64,000 nt of DNA from an uncultured Candidatus Saccharibacteria bacterium (GCA_964610335.1 CAZSVP010000002.1:14376-78375), one strand, 5' to 3'; counted from the stretch's first letter, positions 35,579-45,441 are shown. The notes: a model not told the origin generated them from the sequence alone. A program made the numbers and translations.

Positions 35579-37535
35579 TTGGGTCAATACCGCAGCACCG
35601 TTTGCTGCAGGGTACTTAATAGTAGCTGGCCAAATGGGTCCAAGCTTTTGGATTGGGTTGATATACTTCTTGTTCCCATACAACTTACTGATGTACGGTG
35701 TGAACGACATTTACGACTATGAAAGCGATCTCAAAAACCCGCGTAAAAATTCAATAGAAGGCGCATTACTTAATAAGAGCCGCCATAAAATGATTTGGTA
35801 CGCAATAGCCGCGGCCAACATACCCTTTATAATTGCTATGCTAATTTTGGCTCCTACAATCGCAGCCAAGTTATTCTTCTTGTTATTAGTGGGGTTTTGT
35901 TTTAGCTACAGTATGCCTCCAATGAGATTCAAAGAAATACCGGTAGTAGACTCAGTAAACTCTAGTTTGCATTTTGTTAGCCCGCTCCTATTTGGGCTGT
36001 TATTGGCCGGAGCCGCAAATATTGTGCCCTACTTGATGGCCCTGGGAGCATTCCTATTGTGGGGTATGGCATCACAAGCTCTAGGTGCTATACAAGATAT
36101 CAAACCCGACCGAGCAGCTGGTATTGCTTCAATTGCCACCGTACTGGGAGCACGCAGAACCAATCGGTTTGTGATGGTGTTATATACACTGTCCGCGGTT
36201 TTGGTAGCTGTAGGTTATTTTCCCGTTGGTATTGTGGGAGCAGCATTGCTAAGTTTGTATGTGCTTAATGCTAGTTTTTTTGTCAAATACATATCCGATG
36301 CCCGCAGTGGACAGTTTCATCGAGCATGGCAAAATTTCATATGGCTAAACCAGCTCGTTGGATTTGGACTAACCTTGTTACTACTCTGGTCATATAATGT
36401 TCTGGGCTTTCAAACAAACTGGCTAATGCTACTTAGCTATGGATTAATTGGGCTCAGCATAATCGGGCTGTTGACTATGGCAAGCAACACTTGGCTAATG
36501 CGTGTTAAACGCCAACAGTCCCATCCCCACCACTGGCCAAGAGTGAGTATTTTGCTTAGCTGTTACAACCAGTCAGCCACTATCACCTCAACTCTCTTAG
36601 CTGCTCTGGGACAAGATTACCCTGACTACGAGCTTTTGGTGTCAGACTTGGGTTCAACTGATGCAACTGCTTCTCGTTTGCAAGCCCAGCAAGACAAACG
36701 ATTACGTGTAATTGATCTAGATACCATGCCACCTGGCTGGCAAATACAAAACTGGGCCCTAGAGCAACTGCGTCTAAAAGCGCACGGCGAAATACTAGTG
36801 ATATTACACCAAGATGTTTTACTTTATCCAGCAGCACTGTCTACTTTGGTTGCACAACTTAGTACAAACAGTGTTGACTTTGTAAGTGTCCAAGTTGGTG
36901 ATCCTACCAAGCAGTTGAACCACCAATTAAGTCTTGCTCAGACATGCGCCCTGCAACTTGGTTGGTACCCAGAGTTAATACGCAAACTCTTGCGTCGAGA
37001 CGTTAATATCTGGCTTGGCCAGATTACAGTATGCCAAGCGGGGCAACTTGATAAAATACATGGTTTTAAGAATTTCAAAGCCAGCCCTATTGGCAATTTA
37101 GAAATACAGCGTGCAGCAACAAAACGAGGATTAAAATCAATACAAATACTTGGGAACAATATATCCAGTAGCCATTTTCACCAGGAAGTTATCGCCAGCA
37201 CTCAATACCTAAGTCAGCAAGCATATCCTCAGTATTACCAGTCCCTACCATTAGTGGTATTAATATGCTTCATTATATTGGTAGTTGGGCTATTGCCAAT
37301 ATTGCTGTTTGCATGGCAATTTATAGTGCTCGGTGGTATGGAAGCATGGCTTCTATTGGGAGCGGTCAGCATATACTACCTACAAAGACTAATTAGTGCC
37401 ATTACACTTAAACAGCATCTTATTGGCGTGGCACTGTTCCCAATTGCCGACTTAATCGTTGTATGGTGCATTGTACGTTCTATGTTGGAGACAGAGTTCT
37501 CCACACCTCGATGGCATAACTCACTGAACAGATAA
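35517..37535 (+). CDS. Fusion protein: UbiA-family prenyltransferase (lycopene elongase CrtEb/Lye-like) + GT2 glycosyltransferase (CrtX-like) with flanking TM segments
   Basis: N-terminal NDIYDYESD (NDxxDxxxD) in 8-9 TM UbiA fold; C-terminal VSILLSCYNQ...DLGSTDAT GT-A fold; 672 aa. Confidence 0.65.
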   Translation: MDIKKTIQAIREIIQTSRPVSWVNTAAPFAAGYLIVAGQMGPSFWIGLIYFLFPYNLLMYGVNDIYDYESDLKNPRKNSIEGALLNKSRHKMIWYAIAAANIPFIIAMLILAPTIAAKLFFLLLVGFCFSYSMPPMRFKEIPVVDSVNSSLHFVSPLLFGLLLAGAANIVPYLMALGAFLLWGMASQALGAIQDIKPDRAAGIASIATVLGARRTNRFVMVLYTLSAVLVAVGYFPVGIVGAALLSLYVLNASFFVKYISDARSGQFHRAWQNFIWLNQLVGFGLTLLLLWSYNVLGFQTNWLMLLSYGLIGLSIIGLLTMASNTWLMRVKRQQSHPHHWPRVSILLSCYNQSATITSTLLAALGQDYPDYELLVSDLGSTDATASRLQAQQDKRLRVIDLDTMPPGWQIQNWALEQLRLKAHGEILVILHQDVLLYPAALSTLVAQLSTNSVDFVSVQVGDPTKQLNHQLSLAQTCALQLGWYPELIRKLLRRDVNIWLGQITVCQAGQLDKIHGFKNFKASPIGNLEIQRAATKRGLKSIQILGNNISSSHFHQEVIASTQYLSQQAYPQYYQSLPLVVLICFIILVVGLLPILLFAWQFIVLGGMEAWLLLGAVSIYYLQRLISAITLKQHLIGVALFPIADLIVVWCIVRSMLETEFSTPRWHNSLNR

Positions 37536-38393
37536 TCGCTTATCAGCACGTTTTTGCTTATTGCGTCGTAAGAACCAGAAGAGCAAACCTATACTCATAG
37601 TGACGCCGCCGATTACAGCAAGGCCTGCGATGTAGCCGCCATAGAGTTTTGTTGCTGCCAAAGCTACACGCAAACTTACTAACCACGCGTTGCCTGGTTT
37701 GCCAACAACTTGCATTACTTGTGGCGATGCTATTGTCGCAATAAATAGCATTAGTGCGGCGATAAGAGAGCTTAAACCTAAACCAATAAAGATACTTTTC
37801 TTGGCAAGGATACTAGCGATAGTAGTTAGTACTAGTGCAACCCCAATTATTATCATTAGCATCAGCTGCATTTGCGGCAATTTTATTACTACTGTTTTGA
37901 GACTAGTTAGACCAGACAAGATGTCAACTGAACCTGTGCGTGGATTGACCTCGATTTCGTCTGGTACTGTTTTTTTTACAAAAAACTGATATTCACTTAC
38001 TTTACTTGAGCTCAACCCACTTGGCGGCTGGTTAATAAGAGCATCTCGTAATGGAGTTAGTGTTAAGCTAAGTCTGGGTTCAACCTCAAACGGCTCACGA
38101 AGCCAGCCCACCAAGCCACTAACAACTGGTGTAAACATTGTTTTTATTAATGGCGGCTGCAAAGCACTATCGAGCTGGCTAGAAAGCAAGGTAGCATAGG
38201 GGCTATCTAAGCTAATATTACTAGTTACTTCATCATTAATCTGTGGTTTGATTAGCTCATAAATCTGAGCATCGTCCAACAACATATTTACAGTTTGTGG
38301 CTGTTGAATTATTTGACTCAAAACACTGATCACCACAAACAAACTAATCAACGTCGCCGACAAGAATATTAGTATGTATCTAATTACACGCAT
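37521..38393 (-). CDS. Hypothetical membrane protein
   Basis: 290 aa, N-terminal TM and C-terminal TM cluster. Confidence 0.45.
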   Translation of the reverse strand: MRVIRYILIFLSATLISLFVVISVLSQIIQQPQTVNMLLDDAQIYELIKPQINDEVTSNISLDSPYATLLSSQLDSALQPPLIKTMFTPVVSGLVGWLREPFEVEPRLSLTLTPLRDALINQPPSGLSSSKVSEYQFFVKKTVPDEIEVNPRTGSVDILSGLTSLKTVVIKLPQMQLMLMIIIGVALVLTTIASILAKKSIFIGLGLSSLIAALMLFIATIASPQVMQVVGKPGNAWLVSLRVALAATKLYGGYIAGLAVIGGVTMSIGLLFWFLRRNKQKRADKRLSVQ

Positions 38394-38479
38394 ACGTCTC
38401 TCTATTAGTATCGGCGCTATTATATCACCTACTCGAAAGACATTTATATTGATTTAGTACTAAAATCTACGATTTTAAC

Positions 38480-39244
38480 CTACTGCAAAAAGCTACCGAC
38501 TGTACTAACTAACTGTTGCTTAGCCTGCTCCATCGATTCACTAAACTGTGTAAAAGCCCCTATGATCTGCAGCTTACTTTCTTCATGCGACAGTCTTATA
38601 CTCTTGGCAGCATTAGCCAATAGCCCGCGATCCGCTAATGCTGTTTGCTGAGCAAAATCTATCGCCCTGGTTAAATCTTGTCGTGACGCCGCAGCATTAT
38701 TACCATCAGCGCAGTCAGACTTAGCTTGCTCAAGTGCATTATTGACTTGATCAACAAATTGCTGGCGATTGGCTTTACGAGAATCTTGCACAGATTTGAG
38801 CTCACTATCAACCTGGCTTCGATAGTTACGAACTGCATTATCTACTGCTAAATGTCTTACATCGAGAGCTTGTTTAACCGCTGCTGAATACTGTTCCACC
38901 GCCTGGCTCTGGGCCTCTGATTTGGCGCGTGCCAGCATGGCCTCAACGTGTCGCCTCCGGTCTTCTTCAGCTTTACTGCGCAAGCCAGCAAGTTTTTTAT
39001 CAAACGCTGCACGGCGCTTGGCTAGCTGTTCATCATGGTCGAACTTTACAGGAGAAACTGACTTATAGTACTCGTTTGTTTTTTCTAGTAGCCGACTGGT
39101 TATATTGTCTACTCTCTGACAAAACTGAGGTGTTGGTTCAGCCGAAAGTGGGCTATCTTCAGCCTGTGATACGCCAACCATACCAAAGATTGCAGTTACC
39201 GCAAACAAGATTGCAATAAATCTTATACTACTGCGCCACAGCAT
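38480..39244 (-). CDS. Secreted alpha-helical/coiled-coil protein
   Basis: Signal peptide ...GVSQA-ED, Ala/Gln-rich helical repeats. Confidence 0.45.
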   Translation of the reverse strand: MLWRSSIRFIAILFAVTAIFGMVGVSQAEDSPLSAEPTPQFCQRVDNITSRLLEKTNEYYKSVSPVKFDHDEQLAKRRAAFDKKLAGLRSKAEEDRRRHVEAMLARAKSEAQSQAVEQYSAAVKQALDVRHLAVDNAVRNYRSQVDSELKSVQDSRKANRQQFVDQVNNALEQAKSDCADGNNAAASRQDLTRAIDFAQQTALADRGLLANAAKSIRLSHEESKLQIIGAFTQFSESMEQAKQQLVSTVGSFLQ

Positions 39245-39773
39245 TATATATATCTCCTAAGCTAGTTTGATATTGACTAGCCAGATTAATTTGATTGTCC
39301 AGTAAACTGGTCGGCTGCTCATCCAACGTTGCCTGAGCTTGCTCAGCTTGGGTATTGGCATTAATTTGCGAAACCGTATTGGTAATGGTACCATTTGCCA
39401 CCACAGTAGCTGAGGTAGTTTGATCATTGGCAGGCCGCATTTGTAAAACTAGAACACTACCAAAAACCATCACAAATACAGCTACTCCACCAAAGGCTAG
39501 CGACCATGGTTGTAGCCTTGACCAGTTATGGGAGCTACCATTAATAATTTTTTCTGATTGCTGTTTCTGATTATTCAACTGGTTTAGCACTGCTTGCAAC
39601 TGTGTCTTACTAGCTTCACTAGTAGTTGCGATAGCTTCCATCTGCTCAATCACAGTAGTATCGGCGCTTAAATCAGCCGCAAATTTTGGGTAGCGTTTTA
39701 CTATCGCTCGACGATTTGCCTTTGTCGAACCGATGTATTCTTCTAGTACCAAATCATAATTCGGATTTTTCAT
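39228..39773 (-). CDS. Putative anti-sigma factor (single-pass membrane protein)
   Basis: Overlaps ECF sigma gene stop; one central TM helix. Confidence 0.45.
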   Translation of the reverse strand: MKNPNYDLVLEEYIGSTKANRRAIVKRYPKFAADLSADTTVIEQMEAIATTSEASKTQLQAVLNQLNNQKQQSEKIINGSSHNWSRLQPWSLAFGGVAVFVMVFGSVLVLQMRPANDQTTSATVVANGTITNTVSQINANTQAEQAQATLDEQPTSLLDNQINLASQYQTSLGDIYNAVAQ

Positions 39774-40333
39774 GACCTTTCCTCATCTTTTATTAGTAGA
39801 CGTAGCTTTGCAATCGCCCTTGATTGTAGTTTTCGCGTGGCAACTGGAGTTTTACCAATTATCTCAGCAATTTGCTCAGAGCTCAGCCCTACAAAGAACC
39901 TCAATCGCAACACTTCCTGGTCAAGTTCACTAAGTTTGTGGAGTTGGTTCAACAAATGCTGCTTTTGTTCGTTTATTAAAACGTCCTGGTGTTGATCTTG
40001 TGACGTATCAGCGATTGCAAGTAACACATCTTCAGAATCTCCTATAGGTCGATTACTCGTAGCACGATAGTAATCAATAACTACACTTGATGCAATCTTA
40101 TACAAATATGCTGTCGGGCTATAACCACGATCTTGCCACCTTGATAGATTCTTGTAAAACTTCAAAAACGATTGCTGGGTAAGATCTTCAGCATCTTCCG
40201 TTGTTCTAACCTTGGCTGCGATATAACGGAAAAGTGGCTGATACAATTGCTCGTACAGTTCGTCAAAAGCAGTTTGATCACCGTCTTGTGCACGTGTTAC
40301 CAGCTCGATGAGCGATTGTTTGTTGTGTTGCAT
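39770..40333 (-). CDS. ECF RNA polymerase sigma-70 factor
   Basis: Region 2 (LYEQLYQPLFRYI) and region 4 HTH (LSSEQIAEIIGKTPVATRKLQSRA). Confidence 0.85.
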   Translation of the reverse strand: MQHNKQSLIELVTRAQDGDQTAFDELYEQLYQPLFRYIAAKVRTTEDAEDLTQQSFLKFYKNLSRWQDRGYSPTAYLYKIASSVVIDYYRATSNRPIGDSEDVLLAIADTSQDQHQDVLINEQKQHLLNQLHKLSELDQEVLRLRFFVGLSSEQIAEIIGKTPVATRKLQSRAIAKLRLLIKDEERS

Positions 40334-40357
40334 AATAAAACTATGGCACCAAGCCTA

Positions 40358-41569
40358 TCACGTTCCCCAAATTGCTTCAACTATACGGATGCGAACTGCT
40401 CGCCAGCTAGGCACAAATGCCGATAGCATACTGACCAACAACAGTATTAAAGCATTTAGTAACAAGAAGCCGTAATTGACCGCCAAGTACACATCACCTA
40501 GTGGAAAATGAAACGGATAACGTTTTTCAACTGGTACCGCCACAAATATAAACAACAACACACCTAAAACTGATCCAAACAATGTATACAGAAAAGCCCT
40601 GATCACATAGCTCAGCACAATAGCTGAGCTACTAATACCTATAGCACGTTCTATACCAATCTGGCGACGTTTGTTGACTACATCGACATAAGTAATGATA
40701 AAGATTGTTAGCGCACCAACAACTAGTGCTACGAGACGAAGTATTTGGTTGATTATCTGAATCGAATCTGTGTAACTTTGTACAAACCCGGCTCGTTGCT
40801 GCCAAGTCCTAAACTGCAAGTCTGATTGCAAGTTATTAATTCGATCTATCACAACTTGCTCATTGGCGCCTGGGCTGGTACGCACATTGATGGCATTAGC
40901 TTTACCTACAGTGTCAGGTCTGATAGCATCGAAGTCTTCGTTGGTTACGAAAGTTTTCAGATCTGCTTGCACAAACTCAGTCTGGAAGATGCCTTTGACA
41001 GTATATTTTTTGGTTAAACCACCTGGTAGGTTTACGGTGACTACATCACCCACATGCGCATTCTTCAAACTATCATTGTAAAGCTCGAGTTTGGCCTTAC
41101 CGGCTCCGGCTACCTGTGCTCCTAACACAATTTGGTCACGATCGCCCGGACTCAAGAAGCTCCCTTCAACCATGTTCTGTGGCGCCGAATACACCGCATC
41201 ATAGCTCTTTGGATCAATACCCAAAAGCTCTGAAGTGCCCCGCTCGTTGCCGAGTATCAGTTGAGCACTGGTGTTACGAGATGCAGTAGATGCTTCAACT
41301 CCTGTAGTTTCATCGATCATCTTGACTAGGTCATTTGCGCCAGGTATAAGCGTGCCTGATGGTTTGTTCTCTACTGTAATATTACTAGTCAGCGTATTGA
41401 TTAATTTGGAATTCATTGTGCTTATTACACCTTCTAACAAGGCCGGTGTGAATACCAAGTTCATAAACACCAATATCATCATGAAAGTAGGCATGATACT
41501 TAGCCAACTATTGCCGCGGAATATCGAGCGAACCGTCAGAAAGAAAGCAACTGATATCTTATTTAGCAC
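40358..41569 (-). CDS. ABC transporter permease, FtsX/MacB-like
   Basis: N-terminal TM, large periplasmic domain, C-terminal 3 TM FtsX fold. Confidence 0.8.
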   Translation of the reverse strand: MLNKISVAFFLTVRSIFRGNSWLSIMPTFMMILVFMNLVFTPALLEGVISTMNSKLINTLTSNITVENKPSGTLIPGANDLVKMIDETTGVEASTASRNTSAQLILGNERGTSELLGIDPKSYDAVYSAPQNMVEGSFLSPGDRDQIVLGAQVAGAGKAKLELYNDSLKNAHVGDVVTVNLPGGLTKKYTVKGIFQTEFVQADLKTFVTNEDFDAIRPDTVGKANAINVRTSPGANEQVVIDRINNLQSDLQFRTWQQRAGFVQSYTDSIQIINQILRLVALVVGALTIFIITYVDVVNKRRQIGIERAIGISSSAIVLSYVIRAFLYTLFGSVLGVLLFIFVAVPVEKRYPFHFPLGDVYLAVNYGFLLLNALILLLVSMLSAFVPSWRAVRIRIVEAIWGT

Positions 41570-42242
41570 GACGATCCACCCTCATGATTTGACCATCATG
41601 CATACGAATTACTCTAGTAGCGTAAAAAACGTCATCTGGATCATGGCTCACAAATACCACTGTGGTGCCATACTCATGGTTTAGCCAGAATAGTGCCTGC
41701 ATCACCTTATAGCTACTGGCTGAGTCGAGGTTGGCAGTTGGCTCATCGGCAAAAACAATTTCTGGTTTGTTCATAAGTGCCCGCGCAATCGCCACACGTT
41801 GTTGCTCGCCGCCCGACATTTGTTTAGGCCGATGATCCTTACGACTCAACAAGTCTACTGAATCCAGAAGCGTAATAGCACGATCCCGAAAATCTCCCGA
41901 AAAGCGTCGGAGCATTTTGGCTGGTAAATACACATTTTCCAAAGCCGTAAGCTCGGGCAGCAAAGCATACTCTTGAAATACATAGCCAAACTGACTTAAG
42001 CGTATTCGTGAGCGCTGTGACTCAGGTAGCTTGCTTACATCTATGCCATCAAGCATTACCTTACCGCTTGTAGGTACATCAATAAGACCCATCATGCGCA
42101 GCAGTGTGCTTTTGCCTGAGCCGGACTTGCCCATAATTGCGACAATTTCACCAGCTTGGATAGTTAAATCTACCCCGCGTAGTGCAGGGACGTTAACTTC
42201 ACCTAACTGGTAAATCTTACTGACATTTTTGAGCGTCAGCAT
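41559..42242 (-). CDS. ABC transporter ATP-binding protein (MacB/LolD type)
   Basis: GKSGSGKST, LSGGEQQRVAIARAL, IVFADEPT. Confidence 0.9.
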   Translation of the reverse strand: MLTLKNVSKIYQLGEVNVPALRGVDLTIQAGEIVAIMGKSGSGKSTLLRMMGLIDVPTSGKVMLDGIDVSKLPESQRSRIRLSQFGYVFQEYALLPELTALENVYLPAKMLRRFSGDFRDRAITLLDSVDLLSRKDHRPKQMSGGEQQRVAIARALMNKPEIVFADEPTANLDSASSYKVMQALFWLNHEYGTTVVFVSHDPDDVFYATRVIRMHDGQIMRVDRRAK

Positions 42243-42316
42243 ACCTAATAGTTTAACAGAAAAACGCTTATGTTTGCATGAAACTGCCGGCTAGATCGCG
42301 CGGCATCTTATTGCTA

Positions 42317-43615
42317 TTAGCTAGAAGCTGCAGGTGCTGTCGGATCAACTGCTGGGCTAATTGGCAAAGGTTGGTTGCAACTATTTGGCGCTGGTAAATT
42401 CTCAAAACGATCTTGCAGCCAGGCTACAACTGATGGACCGGCCACAATCGCTACTTGTGTATGCGAGATATTCCCTAACCAATTTGTGGTTAGCTTAACA
42501 CCACTCGCACAGCTTTTCTGCGCAAGTAGTGCTGTGGTATTAGGAAGAACTACAGTGTCACTAAGGCCTTGGGCAACATAAACAGGCACTTTCAACGAGC
42601 TCACTTGCGGTGTTTGTTGTTGAGCAGCTTGGTACCATTGTGAATTTTGAGTTGGATTAGATTGGAAAAACTTCTCTTGTAATGCTGCCCTAACCTCTAA
42701 TCCTGCTACTTCTTGTTGTACGCAGCCATAAGCTAGGCGCTGATAATTATCATGGGCGGCTTTTGTAAGCACTGGTTGCAACGGTAAATTGGGATAAATA
42801 AGTGGCCACGACACGGCTGCATCTGGTCCGATTGCCCAAGCTACCACTTGATTGTACTGTTGCGAGAACAATGCGTTTAGCTCTGCCGCTGGCGCCGCAG
42901 CGCTCGCTGCCACCAGCCGAAGCTCAGGAGCGTAGCTACTCGCATACTGTGCTGCAAATAACGCTGAGTTGCCTCCTTGTGAGTGGCCCCACACTGCAAA
43001 GTCAACTCCAGCACCGGCTGGCGCAAACTGCCTGGCAGCACGGACAGAGTTGAGAACATCATGTGCCTCACTCTGGCCGATTAGATAATATGGGTTACCT
43101 GGCGTGCCAACACCGGTATAGTCGGTAGTTGCGACCACCCAACCGCGTTGCATCATCCCATCGAGCCAATTTTGCATATCATTCATAGGGTTTGAGCTAC
43201 GTGATGGTGTGCAACTATCACCAAAGCCAAGCGTACCATGTGCCCAGGCTACAACTTTGCGGCCACCTTCCGGGACAACACCGCTTGGTACAAAAATCAT
43301 GCCTGACGATACTGCCTCACTACCATCAGCTAGTTGGGTTGTGTAAAGCATGCGATATGCACTACCACCGTTTGGTACACTGATATTCATAGGTTCTGTT
43401 CGAATTAGTGTGCCTGGCTTGCCAGCAGGCAGTGGGTTTGGTGGCGTATAAAAAGGCTCTAGACTCGCTTGATATTGCTTGGCCTGATAGCTTTGATACC
43501 ACTGCAATCCAAGAAGAACGACAATCACAACTAATACCACGGTCAAACTTACCCAAAAGACCATATGCCAAGGTCTGTTTGATAAATACGATAACTTCTT
43601 TTTATGATTAAGCAT
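42317..43615 (-). CDS. Secreted alpha/beta hydrolase, secretory-lipase family
   Basis: N-terminal TM/signal, nucleophile elbow GHSQGG; ~50% GC. Confidence 0.55.
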   Translation of the reverse strand: MLNHKKKLSYLSNRPWHMVFWVSLTVVLVVIVVLLGLQWYQSYQAKQYQASLEPFYTPPNPLPAGKPGTLIRTEPMNISVPNGGSAYRMLYTTQLADGSEAVSSGMIFVPSGVVPEGGRKVVAWAHGTLGFGDSCTPSRSSNPMNDMQNWLDGMMQRGWVVATTDYTGVGTPGNPYYLIGQSEAHDVLNSVRAARQFAPAGAGVDFAVWGHSQGGNSALFAAQYASSYAPELRLVAASAAAPAAELNALFSQQYNQVVAWAIGPDAAVSWPLIYPNLPLQPVLTKAAHDNYQRLAYGCVQQEVAGLEVRAALQEKFFQSNPTQNSQWYQAAQQQTPQVSSLKVPVYVAQGLSDTVVLPNTTALLAQKSCASGVKLTTNWLGNISHTQVAIVAGPSVVAWLQDRFENLPAPNSCNQPLPISPAVDPTAPAASS

Positions 43616-43620
43616 AAGTA

Positions 43621-44247
43621 TTAACTACATTGTAAGTTGTGCTGTGAAATCTGACAAACTGCCTGCTGAGCCACACCAAAAACTAATCCGCCAAGACCTA
43701 CTATCACTACTATCCCCAATACACCTATAATAATTCCCAAGGCCACAACCACCAGATCGTCAAGGACCATTCCAATGCTTAGTATTACTACACCTAGAGC
43801 AGGTAAAGTATCTAGTCCAGAAAAAGGTGGCGCCAAAAACGCAGCGGAAGCAAATATTATCACAAGTATACCAATTAGCCGAACAAACAGATGATGATTG
43901 GCAATAAAGTGTCCGCGAGTTCTAGAAAACTTTTCAAAAAAACGTACAAAGCCGACTAGTCTACCCATACCCTTGCCGGGCTTGGGAGAGTGAATACTGC
44001 GTTTCTCCCATCGTTTGGGTATCCAGATAGCTCGACGACCAGCCACCAACTCCAATGCCAGTAGAACTGTAATAATTTCAAAAAAATGAGTTATACCTCC
44101 TGTTGGCAGTGGCAAAGCCGCAGTCATCATAAGCAAAATAAATGCTAGTGCAAAACTTTTCTCACCAAACATTTCTTCTAAATCCATCAGCTTGATAGAT
44201 TTATGATTGGTGAAAAGCCTTTCCAGGCGAGTGCTGAGATTGATCAT
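43621..44247 (-). CDS. ExoD-like membrane protein (tentative)
   Basis: 208 aa, ALPLPTGG motif region and C-terminal TM bundle. Confidence 0.4.
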   Translation of the reverse strand: MINLSTRLERLFTNHKSIKLMDLEEMFGEKSFALAFILLMMTAALPLPTGGITHFFEIITVLLALELVAGRRAIWIPKRWEKRSIHSPKPGKGMGRLVGFVRFFEKFSRTRGHFIANHHLFVRLIGILVIIFASAAFLAPPFSGLDTLPALGVVILSIGMVLDDLVVVALGIIIGVLGIVVIVGLGGLVFGVAQQAVCQISQHNLQCS

Positions 44248-44338
44248 AATACTATTATACTTTAGTTTGATTTGTTGGTAATCAAATACAACGGCTACTT
44301 TATGCCGGAGATCGGATTGTAATTTTTGCTACACTTTG

Positions 44339-45130
44339 TTACTGATAATATTGGATAGTATTGACTATCTCCCACAACTTGCTTAGCTCAGCCGGATCAC
44401 TACCACCGGGAACTGAGATTCCAAAAAAATATGTATAGTGATTGACAGTATCATCGAGCGAGCCGGCTATACCATTGCCGTTTTGATAGGCATTGAGTAG
44501 GAGTCCAGCCTTGGTAGTGGCATTCTGATAAAGAACCTTATTGCCCTTGGAAGCAGCCAACTGGGCTGTTTTGTCATGCACTTGCCGCGCGAATGCATCG
44601 CTTTTGGTAGCGCCTTGATCCCCAACTGGTATAAGTACCAATGTTGGTAAGCTGGTTTGCTGTACTGAGCTAGCATCTCCATTCGGGCTTTCACTTGGCA
44701 AATTGCTAACAGGCGCAGTTGACAGCAACATCGTTCCAGGATTTGTGGTCTGCATACGACCGAAATAACCAACGGGTACTTCAACCGAATAGTGACCCGC
44801 AGAGTTAGTCACAGTACCGGGCGTAATGGCCACAAATATCATTCCGAAGAAGATTGAGAAACCTAACAACAACAGAAATACAGGTATGGTAAGTATTAGT
44901 GCCGACTTAGCCAAGCGCTGCTGGCGCTTAATTGCAAAAATATTTACTACTAGTGCACTTAGCGCAAGAACGGCGGGCACAAATACTACAAATGGCTGAG
45001 TGGAGTATATAAACAAGCCGATTGTAAAAAGCGCAATTAGGGAGATAACAGCGGACACCAATGTCAACAAAAATGGAGTTTTTGAGCTATTTTGAGAGCT
45101 ATATGCTGCCGAAGAATTATATGAGTTCAT
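44339..45130 (-). CDS. Hypothetical membrane protein
   Basis: 263 aa, 4 N-terminal TM + extracytoplasmic domain. Confidence 0.45.
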   Translation of the reverse strand: MNSYNSSAAYSSQNSSKTPFLLTLVSAVISLIALFTIGLFIYSTQPFVVFVPAVLALSALVVNIFAIKRQQRLAKSALILTIPVFLLLLGFSIFFGMIFVAITPGTVTNSAGHYSVEVPVGYFGRMQTTNPGTMLLSTAPVSNLPSESPNGDASSVQQTSLPTLVLIPVGDQGATKSDAFARQVHDKTAQLAASKGNKVLYQNATTKAGLLLNAYQNGNGIAGSLDDTVNHYTYFFGISVPGGSDPAELSKLWEIVNTIQYYQ

Positions 45131-45176
45131 ACTGGTTATTTACATAACCAGTATATCAGCACTGTGCTACTTGTTG

Positions 45177-45440
45177 CTATAGCCCTAGTATTTGCTTCTT
45201 TTTGGCGTCGAATTCTTCTTGTGTAAGTATACCTTGGTCTTTGAGTTGGCCGAGTTTTTCAAGTTGAGCCATTTGGTCATCTGCTCCCGACGAAGCAGCT
45301 GGTTGTGCAGTTGGCGCGGCCTGAGCTTGCTCCTCAGCACCCCAACGCCTAGCCTGGCGCCTACTCACATTGTTTGAAACCGCAGTAGCGGTACCTGCAA
45401 TCACTGCTGTTCGTGCTACTCCACGTAGTAATCCTGGCAT
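45177..45440 (-). CDS. SHOCT domain protein
   Basis: C-terminal GILTQEEFDAKKKQILGL SHOCT signature. Confidence 0.65.
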   Translation of the reverse strand: MPGLLRGVARTAVIAGTATAVSNNVSRRQARRWGAEEQAQAAPTAQPAASSGADDQMAQLEKLGQLKDQGILTQEEFDAKKKQILGL

Positions 45441-45441
45441 A

